Below are positions 1 to 13,361 of a stretch of 64,000 nucleotides of DNA, piece after piece. How positions within the stretch are numbered: position 1 is the stretch's first letter; each line of letters begins with the position of its first letter. The notes under the pieces are model-generated. The model was not told where the DNA came from, did not search any database, and was given only the letters and a program-made list of their open reading frames with translations. Source of the stretch: Octopus vulgaris (Eukaryota); NCBI GenBank assembly GCA_951406725.2, contig OX597817.1:13640001-13704000 (forward strand). The letters are read 5' to 3'. A program made the translations under genes and the position numbers.

Positions 1-482
1 ATATAAATATATACGTGTGAAATTATACAAAGAGTATTTTTGATTTGAAGCCGAAAGCAGAAAAAAAAAAAATAAAGGAAAACGTAATAGAGGCAGGAAG
101 ACAATGAACAAGGGAAATAATGCATGAATAAATATTACTACACAGTTCTTTCCCTTTACTTAAATTTTTTTTTCTATTGCAGTGTGATGTATTCCTAAAA
201 TACTCGTTGACGAGATTGATTAGTTTTTAGACGTAATAAGTGACATTTAGAGAAAAAGTTCATAATCCACATCTAAATGTCATAATATAAAGTACATTCG
301 ACACATACATTGAAACTGTATTAACGATTCTGTCAACAGATTGCAAAAAAAAAAAATAAAAAAATAAAAAGGACTTATTAATAATTTGCTAATGAATTTA
401 CTGAGTAGTTAAGTAGTTGAAAATCATCAAGTACTATTTCCTTATAAAAAAAAAAAAAAAAAAAAAAAGAACTGCACTAATA

Positions 483-896
483 GGCGCAGGAGTGGCTGTG
501 TGGTAAGTAGCTTGCTAACCAACCACATGGTTCCAGGTTCAGTCCCACTGCGTGGCATCTTGGGCAAGTGTCTTCTGCTATAGCCCCGGGCCGACCAATG
601 CCTTGTGAGTGGATTTGGTAGACGGAAACTGAAAGAAGCCTGTCGTATATATGTATATATATACATGTGTGTGTGTGTTTGTGTGTCTGTGTTTGTCCCC
701 CTAGCATTGCTTGACAACCGATGCTGGTGTGTTTACGTCCCCGTCACTTAGCGGTTCGGCAAAAGAGTCCGATAGAATAAGTACTGGGCTTACAAAAGAA
801 TAAGTCCCGGGGTCGAGTTGCTTGATTAAAGGCGGTGCTCCAGCATGGCCGCAGTCAAATGACTGAAACAAGTAAAAGAGTAAAAGAGTAAGAGTA
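483..896 (+). mobile_element. tRNA-derived SINE, family A (full length)
   Basis: tRNA-like head GGCGCAGGAGTGGCTGTGTGGTAAG with B-box-like GGTTCAGTCCC, internal (TA)n(TG)n, (GTAAAAGA)n tail. Many near-identical copies in the window. Confidence 0.9.
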
Positions 897-2829
897 ATAT
901 TTAGTTCTGAGATAGAATAAGTTAAACCTAAGACATTCTAGTAATATTCTGGAACTCATTCAATTATCCATACTTTCTTCTATATAATTATTGATTTTAA
1001 ACATGCCTGTGTGTGGGGAGGGGGGCACAAGAACCATTATTATTATTATTATTATTATTGTTGTTGTTGCTGTTGTTGTCATTATTCAAAGATTAAAGCA
1101 GTGAGCTGGCATAATCGTTAGCACTGCAGGCCAAATGCTTAGTAGTATTTTGTTGGCCGCTACACTGTGAGTTCAAATTCAGCCGAGGCCAGCTTTACCT
1201 TTCATCCTTTCGAGGTCAATAAATTAAAGCATCCGTGAAACACTGGGGTCGAGGTAATCAACTAGTCCCCTTCCGCAAAATTTCAGGCTTTGTGCCTCTA
1301 GTAGAAAGTATTATCGTCATTATTATTATTATTATTTGCTAAAGGGTTAAAAAGAATCACTTTGTCTACCTATGCATTTCTCCAAGCATGTACACAGGAC
1401 AGAGAAACAGTAGAATGCTTGACTAAAATACCTTGTGGTAGGTACTTATTTAGATTTGTTCTGAGCTTAAATCCTGCACAGCTTGACTTTGCCCTTCATC
1501 TTTCTGGGGCCAATGGAATCAATTAAATCAACTACACTGTTCTCTCTCAAATAAACACAACTTCAAACTGGACTTCGATAGCATTATCTCCAAAGGCATA
1601 CACTTTCTAGGGGTAACGGAGAAAATAAAATGGGTCCCTAAAATAACCTGTACTAGGAAACTGTAGAAAACAGATTTTTTTACAGGGTATCAATAGTTGT
1701 AAGGAAGATTCTATTCACAGGAGAAAAATGACCCTGAATAATGTCAAGTACATCATTTCAAGACCTAACTTCTTTCCAAGCACATACAATATTCACATTA
1801 AGGGGGTACTACTTATCCATATGTTGCAGACACATAGCCACATCCTACGACGATTATAATAATTCAATATGGTATGCATAAAAGAAAAAAAATGCACAGG
1901 CTTTAAAACAATACCATAATATATATACATACATACATATATATCTGGTTAAACTGTCCAACCCATGCCAGCATGGACAACGAATGTTAAATGATGATGA
2001 TGATATATATATATATATATATATAGATAAATATCTTATCTAGGACGGGTCCTTCTCTGAGAGTTTTATTAATACTTTGCATGTGTTACATCCTCGCATT
2101 CTTTTTTCTTGTCTTTTTTTGTATCTCCGTTTTTTCAATCAATCATTATATATATATGTTTTCTGACTTTATTATCATCTTATAATCATCTCATAATAAT
2201 AATAATGACTTTTATTACTACCTCAGTCTATCTAAATGTATATATTTGTCGTTACCTGCCATAAAAAGCCTTTTTTTATTTGCAATGTGCATTTTCGTTG
2301 ATTTTTCATATTTTACCCTTACATTTCCACGTGTACTTTATATTTTCTTTTTGTAACATATTCCTACTTATATATATATAGTTAATCCAAACATGAAAAC
2401 ACACACGTATATAATATATATATACATACATATGCATAAGTGGGGAAAAATGAGTTCAAAAAAGAACAATTTCTAATAAAGATTCATCATATTCATAAAA
2501 AAACTGCCAGAGCAAGTAGTAAGAATATGAAAATAGTAGTTGAAAAATACTGTTATAGGCATAAATATAACATAAACAATTATAGAAAAATGAAGGAGAG
2601 AAAGATGTTGCATCAAAATTAGATTTAATACAAAATAGGATTTAATACACACGCGTGTTTCAAAGGACAATACAAATATGTAAGAAAAAAAGGCCACCAG
2701 CTTTATGGGGAAGAATTTGAACTCAGAATTTGAAGAGTTAAATGGAGCAATTACTGCAAAGGATTTTGCTTAACATCATAACAATTCTGTCAATCCATTA
2801 GCTTCAATAACAATAATAATAATTTTTCC

Positions 2830-3672
2830 ACAAGGGCAGCAATTTTGTGGGAGGGGGGGAATCAATTACATCGACCATGTGCAGCTGGTACTTATTTTAT
2901 CGACCCCGAAAGGATGAAAGGCAAAGTCGACCTTGGTGGAATTTGAACTCAGAACAGAGTGACGAGCGAAATACCATGAAGCATTTTGTCCCACGTGCTA
3001 ACAATTCTGCCAGCTCACCACCTTAATAATAATAATAATAATAATAATGATCCTTTCTAATGTAAGAAGGCTTGAAATTTTGGGGGAGTGGGTAATCGAT
3101 TACACCAATCCCAATACCTGTCCAGTACTTTTATTTTATTAACCCTGAAAGGATGAAAGGCAAAGTTAACCTGGGTAGAATCAGAACATAGAAACAGATG
3201 AAATACAACTAAGCACGCTAACAATCCTGCCAACTTGCCATCTTACTAAAAGTATAAGGCCTGAAATTTGTCAGGGAAAGGGTCTGGTCAATTACATTGA
3301 CACCCAATACTCAGCTGGTACTTAAGGTGGTGAGCTGGCAGAAACATTAGCACGCAGGACAAAATGCTTAGCAGTATTTCGTCTGCCGCTACGTTCTCAG
3401 TTCAAATTCCGCCGAGGTCGACTTTGCCTTTCATCCTTTCGGGGTCGATTAAATAAGTACCAGTTACGCACTGGGGTCGATATAATCGACTTAATCCGTT
3501 TGTCTGTCTTTGTTTGTCCTCTCGGTGTTTAGCCCCTTGTGGGTATTGACCACAAGAGGATGAAAGGCAAAGCTGACCTCGGTGGAATTTGAACTCAGAA
3601 TGTAAAGACGGATGAAATGCAGCTAAGTGTTTTGCTTGGCTTGCCAACAATTCTGCCAGCTAGCTGCCTTAG
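2830..3672. mobile_element. Cluster of SINE family B copies (three minus-strand, one nested plus-strand at about 3325-3545)
   Basis: Repeated core GAGTTCAAATTCCGCCGAGGTCGACTTTGCCTTTCATCCTTTCGGGGTCGAT in both orientations. Confidence 0.85.
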
Positions 3673-3674
3673 TT

Positions 3675-3705
<31 letters not shown>

Positions 3706-3925
3706 TAATAATGATAATAGTAATAAAAAGATCAAAATTAATGCCTGTTCCATGTGACTTTCTAAAACCATTCAATAATTACAGCAAAATTTCAGTACTA
3801 AGTTACAGTTAATTAAAAGTGAGCTCGGTTGATTTTATTTTCCTTTGGTGATGTGAAGGGCAGATAGTTGAATGACTTTTCATTCTAGTTAGACATGCTC
3901 CACTTCACATAAAGCCATTACTTAC

Positions 3926-3966
3926 TATCCATATTTCAGTATAGTCACTAAAGTAACAGCTGTAGC
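3926..3966 (-). other. Candidate 41-nt exon of an unidentified minus-strand gene
   Basis: Acceptor TTTTGTTCTATCAG| and consensus donor ATA|GTAAGT. Open frames are ATAVTLVTILKYG or YSCYFSDYTEIWI, and there is an internal ATG 7 nt before the donor. Confidence 0.45.
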
Positions 3967-4170
3967 CTGATAGAACAAAATTAACTCATAAAAGCATGGG
4001 CATAAATATACATACAAAAAAAAAGACGACATTAAAAGAAACGGCTTTAACTCTGTCCTATGAAATGAGCTTAGCAAACTATATATCACTATATACGTTA
4101 GTTCAAAGAGATCCATTTGTCATACAAATAAAACCGTTCATATATGAAATATACTAAGATTTTATGTAAT

Positions 4171-4203
<33 letters not shown>

Positions 4204-4350
4204 TATATTTATATGAACAAAAACAGAGTAATCAATAGGATTACAGAGTAAAATACAAACATGTATTGTTAAAATCCATGTATGAATTAATAACGTGTCA
4301 ATTCATATTACTGACTATACCAATATATGTATATGTGTGCATGTGAGTAT

Positions 4351-4408
<58 letters not shown>

Positions 4409-4789
4409 GAGTGTATGTGTGCATATGCAGACAAATGTACACGGTTTTTATGAAGTCCTTACACGATTTTTATAACTTTAGTTCTATTTAACAGATTTAA
4501 TCTGTGAAGATCATTTCAAAGCCTGCCTGCTGCATCTGTTTTGTTGATATCAATCAAAACGGTTATTACAACTGTTCATTAATTAAGAAAAAGAAATTAA
4601 TAACTTTATTTCATGAAAGCTATAAATGAACATACACACGCACAAGCTTAAAGTTTAAGGTTTATCTATTTGCATGCAATTGAGTTTATTCAAACATAAA
4701 AGGTTTGTAGTTAGTGTTAGTCCTCAATTAACTTCAGACGAGAAATGGAATAGAAGTTATGAGATTTAAGCCTTCCCCAAAGATACTGA

Positions 4790-5243
4790 TTTCAAATTTT
4801 GGCACAAGGCCAGCAATTTTGGGTGAGGGGGCAATCTGAGTACATCGACCCCAGGGTTCAACTGGTATTTATTTTCGTTCTATTTGACAGAAACGTTAGT
4901 ACGCCGGGCGAAATGCTTAGCGGTATTTCGTCTGCCATTATGTTCTGAGTTCAAATTCCACCGAGGTTGACTTTGCCTTTCATCCTTTCGGGGTCGATAA
5001 ATTAAGTACCAGTTACGCACTGGGGTCGATGTAATCGACTTAATACCTATGTCTGTCCTTGTTTGTCCTCTCTGTGTTTAGCCCCTTGTGGGTAATAAAG
5101 AAATAGGTATTTATTTTATCGACTTCAAAAGGATGAAAGGCAAAATTGATCTCGGTGGCATTTGAACTTAGAATGTAAAGACAGACAAAATATGGCTAAG
5201 CATTTTGCCTGGTATGGTAACAATTCTGCTAGCTTACCACCTT
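4790..5243. mobile_element. SINE family B (minus) with a nested plus-strand family B copy
   Basis: Nested copy flanked by TSD GGTATTTATTTT at 4864-4875 and 5106-5117. Confidence 0.85.
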
Positions 5244-5636
5244 ATCTTTCCCAAAGATATTAGCACAATAAATAACAAGAAATGTCTATGGTAGAGATGG
5301 ACTCAAAATATGGCCACAGACTAAGTTAGCCAGGAGTCTGGTTCCACCTCAGACATTAGTTTCATTGAGCACTCTTATTATAACTACCTACTTCAGATTT
5401 CATTTTTTAATGTATTTTGATGAATGACTGAATGACTAAATGTGTGTGTGTATATAGTATGTGGAAAACTGCTTAGAGGAAATGCACAGATGCTCTACGT
5501 GACCTCTTCAGTAAAATTATAGAAGCTATGATGTAATAATACACTCGACAGTACATTGATGAGTAAAGCAGATGCTAACTTCTCACAATAGCAACTTATT
5601 TGTGTGCATGTGTGTATATATGCTTGTGTGTGTATG

Positions 5637-5690
<54 letters not shown>

Positions 5691-6750
5691 GTAAAAAATG
5701 CAAATAAAATCTCTGAGGAAATATTTTTTTAAAAATTGTTTTAAGTACATTTTATATTCCCTCCTTCCCCAAACACACTCCCATTTTGGACTAACTGCTT
5801 TTACAGCTGGATGCCCTTCCTACTGTTACCTATAGGTGCCCCCTGATTGGCTCATCCTATGTTGCATCAATTTTGAGCAACATTCCTACTACAATGTTTG
5901 TAGTGATGGTCTTCAATTAATTTCAGATGAGAAGTCGAATAGAAGTCATCCCCCAAAATGGGGACAACTTGAGGAAGACATCACAAATGTTGTAGCAATG
6001 GTAAGGTTCAAACTTCAGACTATATGGTCTGCAGTCCTCTGGCACCATACCTAACTTCACTAATAATGTTAACCAGGCAGCATCTATGTGGTTGTTTGGT
6101 GCGCTAGAAATAACAATTAAACGTTCTTTGAAATATATCCTACTCTCTTAAATAAAGAAGGCAGGCATCGCTATGTGACTAAGAAGCTTGCATTGCCACC
6201 ATGGGGTTTCAGATTCAGTTCCAGTGTGCAGTACTTGGGCAAGTGTATTCTATTACATCTCAAGCTGACTAATGCCTTGTGAATGAATTTGGTAGATGGA
6301 AACTGTGTGGAAGCTTATTGCTTGCGTGTATGTGTCTGTGTTTGTGTATATGGAAGTTGATCTGTTCAACTGAACCCTTCAAGGTGGTGTCCAACATGGC
6401 CACAGGTCAATGACTGAAACAAGTAAAAGATAAAAGATAGTATTTCTATATTAGCTAACACAGAGGGAAGTCTCTATATAGTCAACTGACTAGCTAAAAA
6501 TAACAGCTAAATTCCTTTAAATCACACATTTATGTCTCAAATAAAAAGATTATAAAATGAAAAATGTAGCTCCTGATATATACAAAAATAATAAGACATT
6601 CATATATCTTGGCCAGAATGCCTTTTTTTATAGGTCTGCTTGATCAAGGCTGACCCAGTGCTAAACAAAAACATATCTATTAGCTACCAAGAAGATTATA
6701 GAGTGCTATAACAAGAAATGTGATCTTGTTTTTGATTAAAACTATTATAC

Positions 6751-7012
6751 ATCATCATCATCATTTAGCGTCTGCTTTCCATGCTAGCATGGGTTGGACG
6801 GGTCAACTGGGGTCTGTGAAGCTGGAAGGCTTCGTCAGGCCCAGTCAGATCTGGCAGTGTTTCTACGGCTGGATGCCCTTCCTAACGTCAACCACTCCGC
6901 GAGTGTAGTGGGTGTTTTTTACGTGCCACCTGCACTGGTGCCAGACAGAGCTGGCGAACGGCCACGAACGGATGGTGCTTTTACGTGTCCGGCACGGGGC
7001 CAGGCGATGCTG
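6751..7012 (-). mobile_element. Retroposon family C (RTE-tailed, (GAT)n end)
   Basis: (CAT)n followed by TTTAGCGTCTGCTTTCCATGCTAGCATGGG...GGATGCCCTTCCTAACG. Confidence 0.8.
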
Positions 7013-7384
7013 ATAATGTAATTTTAATCTAATTCAATTTTTAAAAAAAGCAGTAATGCAATAGTAATACTAACAAACCACATAATATGTACAAAGATTA
7101 AGAAAATATTAGCACCAATGTTATAGGATATAACTTGACTGCTTGACTATGACATTTAAACAGAACATTAATTTCAAAGTTTGGCCAGCAATTTTGGAGG
7201 AGGGATAAGTCAATTACATCGACCCCAGTGTTCAACTGGTACTTATTTTGTCGACTCTGAAAGGATGAAATGCAAAGTCAACCTCAGTGAAATTTGAACT
7301 CAGGCCACTAAGCATTTTGCCTGGTGTACTAACAATTCAGCCAGCTTGCTGCCTTATTTAAATAGAATATTAGTATATTTAACA

Positions 7385-7781
7385 CTAGCAGTATCGCCCG
7401 GCGTTGCTCGGGTTTGTAAGGGAAATAACTATATAAGCATTTTTAGAGAGTTATAGCCAAAAAATAGCAAAAAAATGCATTCAAAATGGAAAAAAAATGA
7501 TGGCAATTGTTTTAAAAATCGTTGACTCATCGTAAACATTTTTAGAGAGTTACTTCCCTTATATAATAGCAAAAAATGCATTAAAATGGAAAAAAAATGA
7601 TGGTAAATTTTTTTTTAAATCGTAGACTCATCGTAGACGCGCGCTAATAACCAGAAGGGCTCAATATGAATCACGACTATAAGATACCCGGTTTTGGTTA
7701 AACTGCACCGCAAAATGAGGGAGTAGTTAGGAATCTAAATCGTAGGAGACAGACACACAACTTGACTTTTATATATAAAGA
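7385..7781 (-). mobile_element. Non-autonomous Helitron
   Basis: Minus strand: 5' TC start, subterminal hairpin CCCGAGCAACGCCGGG, 3' CTAG end, inserted between A and T with no TSD. Confidence 0.88.
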
Positions 7782-8545
7782 TTACAACAGTGTGCTTTCT
7801 ACTTTCTGATTGTTTCTGGGTGAAAACCTTTACTAATGCTCTAATTGCTGTTCATCCCTCTTGGATTGGTTTAAGAGGCACCGGTCAAGTAATAGAGTTG
7901 ATTTAATTAGATATATCTCTTCTTTCTAAAATTGTGGTAATGTGTAAATGAGAAGACAAAAAGGCTTGGTAACCATGTGATTGCTGGCTCAGTCCTACTG
8001 TGCTGCACCTTGGGCAAGTGTCTTTCACTATCACCCAGGGCTGACTAATGCATTGAGGGAAACTGTGTGGAAGCCCATCACAAATATACATATATGAGTG
8101 TGTCTATTTGTATCAGTGTTTGCCCCCCCCTCACAACTGGTGTTGGTTTGTTTACATCCTCTGTAACTTAGCAGTTTGGCAAAAGATACAATAAGTACTG
8201 GGACTGATTAGCTTGACTAAAACCCTTCAGGGTGGTGCCCTAGCATGGCCACACTCTGATGACTTAATTGAGTAAAGAATAAAAATAAAGATTACTTGGA
8301 AAAAGGCCAACAATTTCAGGGGAAGGGGCTATTTCCCTACATCAACCCCAGTGTTCAACTGGCACTTATTTTATCAAGCCTGAAAGGTTCAAAGGCAAAG
8401 CTGACCTTAGCAGAATTTGAACTCAAAATGTAAAAACAGATGGTCTGACATAATAACGGTTCTGCTACCTCGCCACCTAATTATAATTATTGAAATAAAA
8501 ATTAAATTGGAAAAACAAAGAAAACAAACTTAAAAACAATGGCAT

Positions 8546-8600
<55 letters not shown>

Positions 8601-8637
8601 AATATACATATATATATAAATATACATATATATATTT

Positions 8638-8670
<33 letters not shown>

Positions 8671-8749
8671 AATTATGTTTAGTATATCAATATACTTTTC
8701 ACAAAAATTTACTAGGAACAAAAAAATGAAATATCAACAATAATTTTAC

Positions 8750-8804
8750 TTCTTTATTTAAGAAATAGTTATTAATAATGATTCCAGTGATCAATGGATG
8801 AAAC
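8750..8804 (-). other. Candidate exon of an unidentified minus-strand gene
   Basis: Acceptor CTTTTACAG|, weak donor GAA|GTAAAA. One open frame, FHPLITGIIINNYFLNKE, phase-compatible with the 12258-12381 candidate. Confidence 0.3.
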
Positions 8805-9834
8805 CTGTAAAAGAGTAGTAGTAGTAGTAGTAGTAGTAATAGATAAAAAACCTTTATAAAATTCAACATAATGATTTCCTTTATATCTTTTATCTAACAG
8901 GACTAAATTTCCACCTTCTCCAACACTAGGGCTTCTAATAAAAGTTTCGATAATTATCAAAATAAATCCAATTTAGCAATATAATCCAAATGGGGCTAAT
9001 AAAAGTCTTGCCCTCTGTCATCATATAATTGTACAATTCGACACATTCATACTGAACTTATCAAAGTGGCATCTAATTATCACACTGGCTGAGATGTTTC
9101 TCAGCCAGAGATCAGAAAAGAGGGTGGGACCAAACAACTAAATTATCCCCTTAATGGAAGGGACCAAATAACAACATAGCTCCAAGTGGGAGGTGCCGAG
9201 TCAGGAAGGTGCCAGAGAGCAGAACACAGAGGTTTGATTTAAGGGAAGAATTTCTCGAAAAATCTTTGGGAGACAGAGGACACACACAACTGAAAAATAT
9301 GACAGTGTCAAAAAAAAAAAAAGAAGAAAAAACAAACAAACTAAAACTGTAAAATCCGCTTAGGATTATTGAAAGAGGTGTTATAAGGAGTGACAGTTGT
9401 AAAGATATATGCATGATATGAACTGTATGGTGTAGAAGGAAAGGGCACTTGCTGAGGTAAATAGGAAGAAAGCAAAGTTAGCAGTAGGATAAAAGATTCA
9501 ATGGAATCAGATGGCAATGAGTCAACAATAGCATAAACAACCTTGAATATTTTGTTAAGTGTTGAGCAGTAATAGAAACCATCCTTTAAAATGGGAGCAG
9601 TGTTTGTAAGGTTTCTCATTGTCATTATAATGGGCCAGAGGCTGTAAATTGTGAACTTGATTCTTCACATTATAGTAGCAATGAAAATGATATGTTGGTT
9701 ATGTTGATAAAGATAATGGCATTAATAAAACTGGATATGTAAAAAGACAAAAGTTTTATGAACTTATTCCAAACAGCTGAATAAATTTATTATCATTTTC
9801 AAGAAAAATCAAAATAAATCAACTCTCTCTCTCT

Positions 9835-10228
9835 TTTTACTCTTTTACTTGTTTCAGTCATTTGACTGCGGCCATGCTGGAGCACCGCCTTTAGTTGAGC
9901 AAATCGACCCCGGGACTTATTCTTTGTAAGCCCAGTACTTATTCTATCGGTCTCTTTTGCCGAACCGCTAAGTGACGGGGACGTAAACACACCAGCATCG
10001 GTTGTCAAGCAATGCTAGGGGGACAAACACAGACACACAAACATATACACACACACATATATATATATATACATATATACGACAGGCTTTCCGTCTACCA
10101 AATCTACTCACAAGGCTTTGGTCGGCCCGAGGCTATAGCAGAAGACACTTGCCCAAGATGCCACGCAGTGGGACTGAACCCGGAACCATGTGGTTGGTAA
10201 GCAAGCTACTTACCACACAGCCACTCCT
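9835..10228 (-). mobile_element. SINE family A
   Basis: Reverse complement of 483-896 with a small internal deletion. Confidence 0.9.
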
Positions 10229-11394
10229 AATGAACATCATTTCTCATAGAAAACTTTAAAAATTGTCAAAGTGAAGTTGAGACTGTATTGTATGTAACTA
10301 AGTGCACTGCTAAAGACAAAGAATTGCAAATGTAAAAAAAAAAAGTTTTTGAAAGTAAAATAGAATACATAAACAGCAGGTTCCAGCAAAAATTAAATAT
10401 TAAAAATATTAATGGTTAAGAGAATGTCAGGAAACAAGAATCTTTCATGATACTGTTTCTGGGAGATGAAATAATTTTTTCATAATTATTAACCTCAATA
10501 TTATTATTATCAAACAATAGACTCAAATGTCATCAAAAAGTACAGAATTTTCTGGTCATAAACAATATTTACAAGTGACAATAACCTCAATATTACAAAA
10601 CAAAAGATAACAAAACAAAACTGTATCAGGTATTTTTTTTTTTAGTTCAGTTCAGTGTTCTAAATGTTCCATTGTAATTTGAAATAAAGTATTTAGTGTT
10701 TAACCCTTTTGTTACTGTATTTATTTTGAGATGCTCTGTGTTTCTTTAAATCACTTTAAATATAACAAAGAATTTAGTAAAATAACTTAGTTGTCATTAA
10801 GCTAGTGTTAGGAAGATAAATTGTGACTAAGGTTTGGTGGAAGATTTTAATTCAAAACTTATGAAAACAAGGCATTTGGACTCAGAGCCAGAGCCGGTTT
10901 CAGTCTGGTTGTATCTTCTACCTTTTACTTGTTTCAGTCATTGGACTGTGGCCATGCTGGGGCACCCCCTTGAAGGTTTTTAGTCAAACAGATAGACCCC
11001 AGCCCCCACCAGTAATTTTTTTTAGTCTGGTGCTTATTCTATTGATATCTTTTGCTGATCTGCTAAGTTACAAGGGCATAAACAAACCAACACTGGTTGC
11101 AGAGTGGTGGAAATGGGGAGACAAATACAGGCACATATAGATATCTCTTTATCTATCTATCTATCTATTCACACACACACAATGAGCTTCTACAAAGTTT
11201 CCATCTACCAACTTCACTCACAACGCATTCATCAGCTCAGGGCTATAGTAGAAGACACTTGCCCAAGGTGCCACACAGTAGGGACTGAAACAGAAACCAT
11301 GTGGTTGTTTAACAATAAAGAAAGCTTCTTAACCACATTTCCATATATTTTGCAATATCCTTGACACCAAAAATGTATTTCTTAACATCCATTT

Positions 11395-11785
11395 CATCAT
11401 CATCATCATCATCGTCCGTTCTTGATGGTAGCATGAGTTGGACGGTTCAACTGGGGTCTGGGAAGCCAGAAGGCTGCACCAGGCCCAGTTTGTTCTGGCA
11501 GTGTTTCTATGGCTGGATGCCTTTCCTAATGCCAACCACTCCATGAGTGTAGTGGGTGCTTTTTACGTGCCACCGGCACAGGTGCCAGATGAGTCTGACA
11601 AACGGCCATGGTCGGATGGTGCTTTTTATGTGCCACCGGCACAGGGGCCAGGCGAGGCTGGCAATGGCCACGAACAGATGGTGCTTTTTACGTGCCACCG
11701 GCACGAGGTCAGTCGGGGCGGCGCTGACAACGGCCACGAACGGATGGTGGTGCCAGACGAGTCTGGCAAACGGCCACGAACGGAT
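11395..11785 (-). mobile_element. Retroposon family C with internal ~60-bp tandem units
   Basis: Same as 6751-7012, with repeated GGATGGTGCTTTTTACGTGCCACCGGCAC. Confidence 0.82.
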
Positions 11786-12257
11786 TCTAAGAAAAAAAAA
11801 AAAAAAATAATAATGCCTGCATGATCTTTTATTGATCATCTTGATCTTTTATTGATTATCCAAAACCAAAAACACTACCTATATCGGTATACTAGTGATT
11901 TCCATTTCTTTAATCATAGCAATTTAAAGAATATTTCTATTTTCCATAGCAGAAATTCCTTTTACATTTTGTTCACATTGACGAAAATGTTGAAACAGAA
12001 ACAATATTCATAATAAGGAGAAACGACTATTTTTAATCAGTTTTCTGTAACAGTGCCAATATGGCCATAAGATTACCGTTCTTATGTCCATGAACTAAAT
12101 AATTCTTTAGATAATGTTCATAATAACAGAGCAGAAACAGGATATTAGGTTTGGTGGCTTTGAATACTAGATTCCTTTTGAGTTTATAACTCCATGCAAC
12201 AAAGATTACAAACAGTAAAGATATAACCCAAGTACATTTATGCTGCTGAATTCATAC

Positions 12258-12381
12258 CTCAACCTGCAACCTGCAACCTTGCTATCCATTTAGCAGTCTA
12301 TCCTAGCATTATTAAAACAGCCTATGCAGGGGATATTATATATTTGAAGAGCAGTTGTATTAGAAGACAACGAATCGGTAT
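12258..12381 (-). other. Candidate exon of an unidentified minus-strand gene (5' UTR, possibly containing a start codon)
   Basis: Minus-strand acceptor ATTTTCAG| and donor GAG|GTATGA in unique sequence. ATG at 12289 gives MDSKVAGCRL plus 2 nt. Confidence 0.4.
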
Positions 12382-12454
12382 CTGAAAATTTATGCATTTT
12401 GTAAGGGTCTTGAGAAACTCGAAGCTTTTTTCAAAATGTATTCTTTTCTTTCTT

Positions 12455-12643
12455 TTTCTTTTTACTTGTTTCAGTCATTTGACTGCGGCCATGCTGGAGC
12501 ACCGCCTTTAGTCGAGCAAATCGACCCCGGGACTTATTCTATCGGTCTCTTTTGCCGAACCGCTAAGTGACGGGGACGTAAACACACCAGCATCGGTTGT
12601 CAAGCAATGCTAGGGGGACAAACACAGACATACACACACACAC

Positions 12644-12676
<33 letters not shown>

Positions 12677-12840
12677 CGACAGGCTTCTTTCAGTTTCCGT
12701 CTACCAATTCCACTCACAAGGCATTGGTCGGCCCGGGGCTATAGCAGAAGACACTTGCCCAAGATGCCACGCAGTGGGACTGAACCCAGTACCATGTGGT
12801 TGGTTAGCAAGCTACTTACCACACAGTCACTCCTGCGCCT
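12455..12840 (-). mobile_element. SINE family A
   Basis: Reverse complement of 483-896. Confidence 0.9.
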
Positions 12841-13361
12841 ATATGTGCAGATTTTCCAGCAACAGGATTTTTAAATAGCAAAGAGAAAACAAAGGTCATT
12901 ATTTTCACATAAATAAAATTTTTCACTGCAAAAAAAAAAAGAAAAAACCCACTTTTATTTTCTTTAGAAACTGTTGAGATCTTACATAGGTAAACACAAA
13001 ATTTCATTTGTCTATACAAAGAAGATGAGGTAAAACTTCATCTATGAATATTCTGTAATACAACTAAACTTCACATTTGGTCAGAAGTTATCTGTTCTTA
13101 GAATAGGATTCTAAACGAACCCACAAAATATTTGATAAAGTATTTTTCTAAAAAACAAATATAGGTTAAAAGGAAATTTTCAATAGAAAATTGAACTAAA
13201 GTCCTTAAGATAAAGTGGAGTGATACTTCCAAATGAGCCTTGAATAGTAAATAAAAACTTGCTTGAAGAATGTTATATTTTAGATAACAATATAGATTTA
13301 ATTTTTTTCATTGGGAGAGAAAGAGAAGTAAATTTATAAATATTTCGTATGAAATGCACAC

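Noticed and set aside
442-717. Recurrent ORFs such as MSSNARGTNTD...RGYSRRHLPKMPRSGTEPGTMWLVSKLLTTQP
   Set aside because: They are antisense translations of SINE family A, recurring at every copy with frameshifts.
3926-3966. YSCYFSDYTEIWI resembles the XLF/NHEJ1 head motif GYALLVSDLQQVW
   Set aside because: Only 13 residues, the frame is not phase-compatible with the best upstream candidate donor, and no further supporting exons were found.
9330-9650. Minus-strand ORFs at 9151-9625 and 21889-22387
   Set aside because: They look like heavily decayed L2/CR1-type LINE 3' ends, too degraded to annotate with confidence, and show no host-gene splice pattern.
11438-11824. ORFs with repeated DGAFYVPPA motifs (also 6794, 24979, 35402)
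   Set aside because: They are translations of family C internal tandem units and are not a gene.
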